From positions 1 through 57,437 of IMG/VR virus record IMGVR_UViG_3300018481_000008: DNA of 57,437 bases; one strand, written 5' to 3'. This DNA comes from a virus. Taxonomy: Duplodnaviria > Caudoviricetes. The notes below the pieces were generated by a model that ran no database searches, was not told the origin of the DNA, and worked only from the letters and a program-made list of their open reading frames with translations. A program made the position numbers and the translations under genes. Shown here in pieces: positions 48,390 to 57,437 of this stretch; the first letter of the stretch is position 1; each line of letters starts with the position of its first letter.

Positions 48390-49380
48390 TAAGTAAGTTC
48401 GTCTTAGGAGTCATATCGGGACACTTGGGCAATGGGCCAAGTCACGAACTTTGAGTCGGACTGTAGTAGCCTAAGAATCTACAGTCTGCATCTTAGAGGG
48501 AATGTAGAATCCGGAGGGAAATACGCTGTATTCAGGTAGGAGCTTACAGCATGGTTGGTATGGTTAATAAGCGGGGAGACTTCCCTCAGTGAAAGGCAAT
48601 TAGGTTAGCGGTACAAGCCTACCAAGGTAGTTGGCCCGGTTCTAACTGAAAGCATACTCACTGGTATAGTCGGCCTCTCCCCGCTCATTAACTCTATTGA
48701 CTATAGAGTTAGGTAGGACAAGATAAGGTAAATGTAATGACCATGCCCCGGAAGCATAAGGGTATATGCGCCCGAAAGCATTGTGACTAGTCATCACTAG
48801 TAAGTCTTTCCACTAACTAGACTGGTTAGTGTACCGTGTGTAGGGAGATAGCGGGTTTGAATCCCGTCCGGGGCTGCTTATCTTAGCAAGTAACGAGGCG
48901 TCGTTCCACGCCTACCTACCAAAGAAGTAGTGTTAATGAGATACAAAGGTTGCCTGTTGCTAGGTATCCGTGAGAGGTTGACTGTCCCCAGGCCGACGGG
49001 CTATGCCACAGTCTGTTCTACTCTCAATGCCAATCGGAGCATCTTTGTATCTCATTAACTCTACTAAGGTAGAGTTAGTAAGGCAGTAGGTTTGCCTCTG
49101 ATAGTGTAAGACCTAGAATGGAGGAAGTTCGCAACTTGCGTCCATATAAGGCTACAGCAGAGGGTAAAACTAAGAACACGATACCGTAGGTAGGCGTGAG
49201 TCTTAGGGTGATCTAGGATGCCTAGGATACTTCCTAGTGAGCTAACGATACCAAGAAGGATCGCTAGGATAAACAATTCCAACAGTGACCTACTGATCTA
49301 TTGTTAGGGTGATGTTGGTATTGCGAGGTCGGTGTTCGTGCCTTGCCTAGCCAAACTTACTGTCTTACTAACTTTACTAA
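48390..49380 (+). ncRNA. Candidate ~1 kb structured ncRNA or array of structured RNAs
   Basis: ORF-free; four tandem stem-closed units, G-U pairs, palindromic linkers, embedded tRNA-like element. Confidence 0.65.
48745..48875 (+). tRNA. tRNA-like element with ~70-nt expanded anticodon arm (no assignable anticodon, no encoded CCA)
   Basis: Acceptor GCCCCGG/CCGGGGC; D arm GCATA-AGGGTA-TATGC; T arm GCGGG-TTTGAAT-CCCGT. Confidence 0.6.
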
Positions 49381-49391
49381 GGAAAGGAGGA

Positions 49392-49680
49392 ATGATGATC
49401 GGTACTAAGGTTGTAGCAACAGTGCCATACACTACTCGTCAGAAACACGGCGAGGTAATCGCTATGAAGGATGGTTTGGCTGTCATCAAGTGGAACGGCT
49501 GTCATCATACGCAGATGGTCATTCCTCGTTTCCTGCACCGATTGGAGGTTCGTAATGACTAGGCTCGATCAGCTTAAGGATAATCCCGGCGTGATTAGCA
49601 TTACGATCTATCCGGGTCTTGCAAAGGGTTACAACAGGAATCTTCCTACTAAGCTTCCTGCGGCGGTGAAGGTTAAGTGA
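49392..49680 (+). CDS. Two small early hypothetical ORFs
   Basis: RBS aaggagg before ATG 49392; coupled ORFs. Confidence 0.5.
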
Positions 49681-50171
49681 ACTTCACTCCGCTAGATGAG
49701 AATGATCCGATTGCTCAGGAACTTAGCAGGGAAGATGAAATCACCCAAGTCGCTAAGATGTTCATGTACCACGAGGGACTCGACGATTGGAAGTTTGAGC
49801 TATCGAATGGTATTAACACTGTGGGATGGTGTGACTATCGCAGTAAGACCATTTCATATTCCAAGCGATACCTTCATGTAGGATGGAATGAGATTGAGGA
49901 TACCATTCTGCATGAGATTGCTCACGCTCTAGTTGGGCCAGACGTTAAGAGTCATGGCTACGAATGGAAAGCTATGGCACGTAAGGTAGGAGCACGTCCT
50001 GAAAGATGTGCTCCACCTAACGTTAGGCCAATTGAGCCTCCTAAGATGTTCTACTTTGAGTGTCCCGATTGTAAGCAGCGATGGTATCGGCACAGAATTA
50101 AGTCTAACATGATCGGTAGACTTTCTAGATGCTGCCGTAAGCCACTAAAAGCTTACAAGGAGAAGAAATGA
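49677..50171 (+). CDS. SprT-like zinc metalloprotease
   Basis: G.C.Y..K.I, TILHEIAHAL, HGYEWK..A..VGA.P, CPDC. Confidence 0.85.
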   Translation: MNFTPLDENDPIAQELSREDEITQVAKMFMYHEGLDDWKFELSNGINTVGWCDYRSKTISYSKRYLHVGWNEIEDTILHEIAHALVGPDVKSHGYEWKAMARKVGARPERCAPPNVRPIEPPKMFYFECPDCKQRWYRHRIKSNMIGRLSRCCRKPLKAYKEKK

Positions 50172-53100
50172 ACACACTTGTTCTAACGGATGATGAGTAC
50201 GCCCACGTTCTAGCTTGTTTGGGCAGAGTAGATGATCCATATACTTTTCCCAATAGCATGGAATTCTATGCTAGACTTCATCGTAGTGCCAATGCTAAGG
50301 TTCTTGAACGGTTTGAGCCTTACTACGACAATATGACGTTTAGCCCTTCCCGGATGGAAAAGATTAGGAGGAATCGTGCGAAATCGCTATACGATTCAAA
50401 GCATTGAAGAAAAGATTAATGAGCATCCGCCGCCTAGTGAGGATTACGATATTGCCTACGATGTTCATATCCCCACCTGTGGGGACGTTGAAGATGCATA
50501 TGCCGCGCTTAAATCGAACTATTGGGATAGTCTGGATATTAGGGCAGATGAGGTAATCTGCTATCCTGCTGACAGTAACATTGACTATCGTACCGGGGAG
50601 CGCAGTAGAACGCAGATCATCATTAAGGGTAAGGAAAACGCTATCGAGCATCTAATGGACTACTACTTTCGTAAGGAGGATGGAAAGCGTGGTATTTCAC
50701 ATTCTACTAAAGGATCGTAATAGCGAGAATCGTCGTACTGTCGAAGTGAGAACGTGTGAGAGTTTTAAAGAGGCAGAGACTAAGCTGCTTCATGATGAGC
50801 GTTACCACTTTGATCCTAAGTTTGAGGAAATGATTGCGATTGTGAAAGATGACTACGTGGTATGAAGGATTACGTAGTCATCACTGAGATTGCAGTTCAG
50901 GTCTATGCAGTAGATGAGAAGGATGCAATTAAGCAAGTGTCCCGCTCAACTACGAATTGGGACGATTGGAACATTACCTCAGCTACCCCACAGGTTAAGG
51001 AGGGTGATCTTAATGACCATGCTAACTAAGCCAGATGAGATTGAGGCATTTAGACTACTCAGCATTAAGGGTAGGCTGTCTCTAGAGCTTAAAGGACTGC
51101 GGTTTAGGATCAATACGTTCGCTGCTGTCAAGCGCGAGTTTGGATTCAAGGGTAATAATCAGAAGGTGTACGATCAGTACATCGCTATGCTTAAGGAAAG
51201 GGGCATTCTTGCCGATACTGAAAATTGAGATTGATTCGGACAATGCAGCATTCGGCACAGTAAGTGATTTCGCTGAGTGTGTTGAAGCAGTAGCAAGGAG
51301 AATCCGTGATGGAGAAACGAGTCATGGAATCTATGATTCCAATGGAAACTACGTCGGTCAATACTACATTACCGGAGTGGAGAGTTTCGCAGATTCAGAG
51401 TCTTTGGAAAACTAGAGCCGATTCATTCTCCCGTCATCAGCTTAGAGTAATCATCAAGATGGAGCAAGCAAAACGAGCGGAGGCTTGGTAATGTATAGCA
51501 TTGCAGGCATCATCAATGGTAAGAATTCGGAGGATGCAGTTACAGTACATCGTACTGCTTCTCATCCTGAGCAGATGTTCAAGATTCTAGAGGCACTTAC
51601 AACTTTGGGTGCTGTCAGTATTTCGGTGGTGAGGAACTAATGTGGGAAGTTACGGGAGTAGATGTTAATGGTAAGCGATTCAAGATCGTAACAAATAACT
51701 ATCTCTACGCTAAAGGAATCAATCTCTATCGTGGTTCAGTTTGGCAAAGGTATTCGGACGGTACTCGTCGTCTACTTTGGAGGGTATGGAACTAATGTAC
51801 GCAAGAAACATAACTGAGCGCAATCTCAAAGACATTGCACACTCGCTAAAGTTTGAAGTAGAGTGTGATAAGCGCGGTAACAAGATCAAGTTCAAGTTGC
51901 GTAACAACTCTGGACGGTACTGGAAGATTAGTCGTAACCTTTGGGGTAATGATAGGGTTCGTTCCGATCTAGTATGCTATCACGGTGTTTATGCCTTTCT
52001 CCATGTTCTATTCGATATCTTTCCTGATGCAATCGTAGAGGCATCGTGGTACGGTTACGTTAAGTACACAAAGGATACCTATATTGAGTTGGCCGATGCA
52101 ATTGGCGATAGAGTGATTCGTCAGTACGATCAGCTTACTCCTAGAGATCAGTGTAACTGCGAAGATCAGGATTGGTACAACTTGGAAAGGAGTTGTTAGA
52201 ATGAAGCTTCAAAAAGGTGACGAGGTTAAGTTCTTCCATCCCGGCATGATGGGAGTGATTAAGGAGGGTACGGTCGAAAAGATTGGCAGCAAGTATATCT
52301 ATGTCAATTGGATGGAATCCACTGTTAAGATTCGTCCTAGTGATTTGGTAGTGATCTGATGAACTTCTCAGAACTGCTGATGTTTCTTGCAATGCACTAC
52401 AGACTTAGTGCTCAGAAGGATGATCCACAGGTGATGTTTTACGATACAAACGGGCATCGTTACATCTTCACAGACACAGTGTATACCGATGACGATATTC
52501 TGTGTTTTGATATGGAAAGGGTCACGGCATGAGTTTGCCTAACATCACTAAGATCGACATTAACTGGAATCATGGTTGGGCAAATGCCCCACAGGTTGAG
52601 ATTACAGTTGATGGTAAGATGCCCGAGCCTAGTGAATGGATCTATCAGGCTACTACGGATTGGGAAAACGATCCTACGATGCTGATTAGTAGGAACTTTG
52701 ATCCCTGGGTGAGATTCGTCTATATTTCTAAGCGCGATGGTCAGGCACAATTTGATGGTGCGCTAGGTGGGGATTATCGCTTGACAAATGGCGAGGTACT
52801 TAAGAGCAGAACGGGATGGTCTAGTCGTGCTAGCGTAATCAACGTTAAATACTCCACATTCATTCCCGATGATATTCTAGAGCCTACGCTCATCATTCCA
52901 TCTAAGTATGGGGCAATGAAATGGGCAGGATACGCAGTCACGGCTAAGTACATTCGTGAGCATGAGTTGTGGCCCAAGGATATCTACCTAGTGATTGATA
53001 ACCGTCGTAATGATGAGGTTCACTACGCACCCTCCATTGATCCTACGGAAGTGAGGAAGCCGAATGGTTGATAAAGAGCGCATGGAGGAAATGCTCCTAG

Positions 53101-53814
53101 AAGCAGACTACTGGAAACAGATGATCGCTCTAGGTACAGAGATTAATGAGGCACTGGATAAGATGAATCAGATTTTGCCAGACTGTGTTACCAATCCGCA
53201 ACTGATCCTAACTGCACAGGAGCACCTAATTGATTCACTTAAGCCGCTGGAAACGATGATGGGGATTATCGCCGGCCGGGGTAGATACCTGAAAGGAATC
53301 ATCAATGACAGTAACGTGTGAGGATTATCCCTGTTGTGGTCATGAATGGGGAGATTGTGATGGTAGCAAGTACGGTAGTGATGAGGACATTAAGCAGGCT
53401 GTCTACGATCGGATGCGTGATGGTGATGATGACCACCCGCAGGATGGAGAAGAGTAATGTGTAGCGTTGACGAAGAGTGGAGTCACTACTGTAAGCATGG
53501 TTACTATCACGGACGAGATTGTCCCGACTGTGATACTTCGCACCCTGTGGGGGTTTTTATTGAAAACAACGATCCGGGAGACGAGACAGATGCAGAGGAT
53601 TGAACTGAACATTGATACCTACGACAAGCACTACGGACGTATGGATCTTGCTCCAAGGGTTCTAGGATTGGAAGCATTCGAAGGAAATACAGGCTATCTA
53701 CTCGCATACCTCCCAGAAACTGCGGTTTTCGTGATTCAGTGGGATGGAGCACTTGGAGAGGTTACGGACGTTAGGGTGGAGGAATTCAAAGTAATCGCAG
53801 GAGTGACGTTCTAA
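50168..53814 (+). CDS. Run of small early hypothetical ORFs (e.g. 50376-50720, 51741-52199, 52529-53071, 53064-53321)
   Basis: Tightly packed + strand ORFs; no recognisable motifs. Confidence 0.55.
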
Positions 53815-53899
53815 TGCCAACCATTAGTCGTATGGGATTCATCGAATTTAGCCTTGGAGCATTTTGGGGTCATTTCTTCATTGACCTGCTCTTTTAGGG

Positions 53900-53928
53900 T
53901 TGACAACTAGGAAAGAGTGTGATAGAAT
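53900..53928 (+). promoter_or_regulatory. sigma70/sigmaA-type promoter
   Basis: TTGACA-17 bp-TAGAAT with TGn. Confidence 0.75.
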
Positions 53929-53955
53929 CTCGCTACCTACTGATCGGAGGATTGT

Positions 53956-56268
53956 GTGGAGACTTGGCTTATCGGTGTTACCGTAGGCTCAGGTGTAGTC
54001 TTTCAGGGTGATAGAGAACAGGCACAGGAACACCTGAATGCCTACGTTGCTCATCTTGAAGGGATTTTCAAGGAGAATGGTCTAGCTTTCGTTCGTAAGG
54101 AACATACCATTCGTCAAAAAGGGGTAGCTGTTGCCGAGGATGAGTCCATTGACGTTAATGCATCTACAAACGGCACAGGACTCCTTAGCGATTGATATAG
54201 AGAAAAGCGATCCTGAAAGTTTAGAGCGCGTACAGCTATCGGTTGATCTGGAAATTCTAAAAGAGATTGTTAGGAGAAATAGTGATTGACACTATCGACA
54301 CGGCAGAAATTGACGTAGATAGTATTGATGCCGATGGAGAGATTCCACAGCGTACCATCGTCACACTGCACTTGCATGGTGACTTTCAACTTACCGCAGA
54401 ATGCTATCTAGGCATTGATGGTCCCGATGGTAGTGGTAAAGAAGGTAAAGCATTGGTGTTCCAGTTGCACGACGATGTTGCTAAGGAACTTCACACCCAA
54501 CTAACGAGGTTGCTGTATGGCTAAGGGAGCACGTAATCGTAAGATTCGTAAGGATGCGCTGCTAGTTAAGGAAGGTGGCGATCCTCGTCCGATTAAGTCC
54601 ATTGCACGTTGGCTACGGAGGAATAAGAATGTTCGTATTGCGTAAGAGTTTCGGTGCATACAGCGCAGGAACTAGAATTACAAGTCAGTACGAGCCAGGT
54701 CGTGAGTTTCTTGGTATTGATGGGATTAAGATTCCAGCCGAGCTAATCGTACAGCGCCGTAATATGACTGTGATGCGTCCTAACGTTCTTAACAGTCGTG
54801 AGCGTCGTGCAATCAAGCGTAGTGAACGTAAGAGACTGTTGGAGGTACAGAATGCCAATCAGTAAGCAGGGTAGCGGATACTTTCTTCCACTACCGCCTA
54901 ATAAGGCAATTGAGAATTATGAGTTCCAGCACGCTCATAAGGCTGCTATGGGTGCATTCACTGATAAAGCGCGTGATGCACTTGCTAAGGCAGTTGAGAA
55001 GAACAAGCCCACAGTGGTTATGGATGATCGTACAATGGACATTAAGTATTACGAAGAGTATGTCCATGTTAGCGCACAGCGCGTAGGACTTCCGTGTGGT
55101 AACTTCGACCGCAAGGTACTTGCTAGCCGATTGGAGCCTAGTCTATGAACGCACAGAGCATTTGGGCTGGTGAAGAGTATGCCTATATGGAGTACAAGCC
55201 TAAGAGTCGCTTTGTAACCAATGCAAAGCGTATTCGGGCTACGAAGGTTGAAAAGAAAGTAGAGTGGGGTAAGGAGCGCGCAACAGCTTTTGTAGTTGGT
55301 GATCGGCTTAACGATGATGGAGAAGTCATTGTTTCAAACATCACCATTCGTGTAAGAGATTGTATCGACTTCTGGGATAGCTACGTTGCAGAGCGTGAGT
55401 CACTTGAAACAGAGCGCCAGCAGCGAGCTAGAGAAGCAGAGGCAGAGCGCGAAAGGTGGCGTCAAGAGCGCGAAGAGAGAATTCGTCTAGAACAGGAAGC
55501 TAGGGAGGCAAAGCAGCGTCAGGATGCAGAACGCCGTGAGAAGCTGATTAAGGCGTTTGTTGAGCGTACTAGCATTCCAGAGGTTGCTATTGCTCAGATC
55601 AGTGAGACTCATGTTACGCTAGATCGCGTTAGTCTGGAATTGTGGCTGAGTGTTAATGGTAACAATTGACAGGAACACAACTGGCGCAATGTGGATTCGT
55701 GCAATCTTCCGTTACTACTGCAAGTTGTACGATTGCACAGTAATTAAGGTTAGCGAATCCACATACGCTGCCGAGGGTGAAGAGGAAAATAGAAAGGAAG
55801 CAGAGTTTCACTACGAGCGAGCAATGGCTACTTTGCTCATCCAGATCATTAACGCCAGAGCTAAAAGTCCTAAGCGTCCTAGTAAGACTGTGACGCTTGA
55901 AGTCATACGACGCTTTACAAAGGAGCTATGGAGTGTTTAAGGAAGTCGATGCCGGTTTGGAAAGTTCAATCCTAGCAAGTAGTGAACGAAAGAAAAGAGG
56001 TCCAGACTTTTCTATCCGTACTGTTGTACATTGGCTTACACTTCCGCACAAGCTTAGTTTCTGTTCTGTGCCTAGTCACTATGACAATGTTCCCGATACT
56101 GATATGAATGGACAACCATATGACAAGTACCCTACTCGTCTTTGCATTGAGCTTGATGAGTTTATGGTCTGTCGCTGGTGTTTTATTGCTTCTGCTGATA
56201 TTGCAGCACATGAAGCGGGTTTGAAGCCTGTTCCAGCCGGAGAGGATGCTAATGCCAGCAGTAAGTAA
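53956..56268 (+). CDS. Run of hypothetical ORFs (53956-54195, 54267-54524, 54852-55148, 55145-55669 coiled-coil, 55650-55940, 55897-56268)
   Basis: Coupled + strand ORFs downstream of the promoter. Confidence 0.55.
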
Positions 56269-56695
56269 TGAAACTCTTTTGCGTTACTGTCATCAGTTGT
56301 ATGACATTCTTGCAAAAGATGCTAAACGTAAGAAGATTGACGGCAAGTTCGTACAGCTATGGGAAGGTAAGATCGTAGAGACTTTCAGTGGAAGTGGAGT
56401 TAGCAATGCTTTCTATGGTAAGGTGCTGAATACTCTCTATGAAACTGGCTCTCTTATGCTTGTGCGGCGTGGAGCGCGCGGGACGCCTACACAAATCATT
56501 GTGCTGCGTCGTCCAGAGGCAGAGGATTTGGAGCGCGTACACGGACTCACAGGGCACTTGACAAGTCCGAGCGCGTATGATACGCTCTCGCAGAGAGTAA
56601 GCACACTGGAAAGGAGGTTCGACGGCATAGACGTAGCAAAACTCATTGCCTCGCACGAAGCTAGGATTAGAGAGCTAGAGGCTAAGGGAAGTTAA
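56246..56695 (+). CDS. Hypothetical protein, possible winged helix + coiled coil
   Basis: VSNAFYGKVLNTLYETGSL..VRRG; C-terminal heptads. Confidence 0.5.
   Translation: MLMPAVSNETLLRYCHQLYDILAKDAKRKKIDGKFVQLWEGKIVETFSGSGVSNAFYGKVLNTLYETGSLMLVRRGARGTPTQIIVLRRPEAEDLERVHGLTGHLTSPSAYDTLSQRVSTLERRFDGIDVAKLIASHEARIRELEAKGS
56558..56586 (+). promoter_or_regulatory. Intragenic sigma70/sigmaA-type promoter
   Basis: TTGACA-17 bp-TACGCT with TGn, upstream of the 56765 gene. Confidence 0.55.
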
Positions 56696-56764
56696 GGAGA
56701 GCGCATGGCACGTCCTAGAAGTAACAAGACAAACGAAAGCACTACAATTAAGGAGAATACTGTT

Positions 56765-57058
56765 ATGTCCGATATGTTTACCCCGATTGAGGATACCGAC
56801 CTTCTCGCCGATATCCTTTCAGGAGCGCGTGGTCGTGGTGACTACAAGACCGTGATTAAGGCATTCATTGATTCCGGTTATCGTCTTGTTGAGGTTCCTC
56901 TCACTTCCGGTCTGTTTGAGGGTAAGAAGGCTCAGACGGTTAAGACTGGTTTTGAGAATGCCAAGAACGCTAAGGAGCCGGCTGAGGGTTCTGACAAGGT
57001 TAAGGTCGTTAAGAAGGGCGATCAGATTTACCTCGTCAATCAGGCAGTTTCGGCGTAG
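56765..57058 (+). CDS. Hypothetical protein, paralog of 46806-47123 (alternative start 56705)
   Basis: RBS aaggag; shared motifs with paralog. Confidence 0.7.
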   Translation: MSDMFTPIEDTDLLADILSGARGRGDYKTVIKAFIDSGYRLVEVPLTSGLFEGKKAQTVKTGFENAKNAKEPAEGSDKVKVVKKGDQIYLVNQAVSA

Positions 57059-57062
57059 GGTA

Positions 57063-57130
57063 GTTAGTATCGGGGGGTTAGTAGCCCCCCATACTAAACC
57101 TCCCTACAACTCGAAGGGAGGTTTAGTATG
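57063..57130 (+). other. Two overlapping, mutually exclusive hairpins
   Basis: ttagtat-c-gggggg/cccccc-atactaa, then ccatactaaacctccct/agggaggtttagtatgg. Confidence 0.55.
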
Positions 57131-57314
57131 GAACGGTACTGTCCATATTGTGAGTTTTCTACTCTAGAGTATTCAGTAGCGCATAACTGCTTCTACTGTC
57201 TAGAGTGTGAGTTCGTGTGTGTAGTGCCTAGGGGCGACCATACTAGAGGTATAAGGTATGGCGTCAAGACTACAAGGCTACCATCAAGACGAACGCTAGG
57301 CAGGGTAGTCATTT

Positions 57315-57437
57315 AAAGGGAGGGAAGTAGCACTTTCAGTGGGCGCTACTTCCCTCCAACTAAATATGGAAGGAGCCACATCAAACGTAGCGGCGGTAAC
57401 TTCCAGAGGTAGAGGACTAAGCTACGCATGATCCTCT
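57315..57437. repeat. Terminal direct repeat, copy 2
   Basis: Identical to 1-123. Confidence 0.95.

Noticed and set aside
48686-49080. Integron attC or dif-like recombination sites (..TAAC...GTTAGGT linkers)
   Set aside because: Far shorter than attC, no tyrosine recombinase seen in the genome, and G-U pairs in flanking stems point to RNA; not fully excluded
49064-49282. 72-aa minus-strand ORF inside the structured array
   Set aside because: Opposite to all neighbouring genes, TTG start without RBS, overlaps the stems
46400-49380. CRISPR or mini-CRISPR array
   Set aside because: Repeats are inverted and divergent with irregular spacing; no cas operon. The Cas4-like gene sits in a standard exonuclease-Sak4-SSB recombination module
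1-57437. TAG stop-codon reassignment, suggested by abundant TAG/CTAG
   Set aside because: Core genes are full length in the standard code and many end in TAG with coupled downstream starts

Overview
The window is an apparently complete ~57.3 kb tailed dsDNA phage genome with siphovirus-type morphogenesis genes. Bases 1-123 recur exactly at 57315-57437, so it assembled as a circle. I saw no integrase or clear repressor, so it is probably lytic. An Rpf-like gene, an r1t-type holin and sigmaA-type promoters suggest a monoderm, probably actinobacterial, host (inference). The + strand from 45.7 kb round to 17.3 kb carries early genes, three secreted proteins (collagen-like, HExxH, Rpf-like) and replication genes: SNF2 helicase, Cas4-like exonuclease, Sak4-like ATPase, SSB, deaminase, primase-helicase, MazG-like, UDG-PolA fusion and RuvC-like resolvase. 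The - strand from 44.9 to 17.3 kb carries putative TerS, a ~7 kb repeat-protein module, TerL, portal, S49 protease/scaffold, capsid, neck, tail, tape measure and lysis genes. The most unusual signal is non-coding. A ~1 kb ORF-free block (48390-49380) is built from tandem units closed by ~17-21 bp stems, some with G-U pairs, and joined by overlapping palindromic linkers. It contains a tRNA-like element whose anticodon arm is replaced by ~70 nt, and a 13-bp long-range pairing. The same architecture recurs at about six other early-region sites, two of them directly behind a pair of paralogous unknown genes. All protein calls rest on motif recognition and synteny by eye; no database searches were run.
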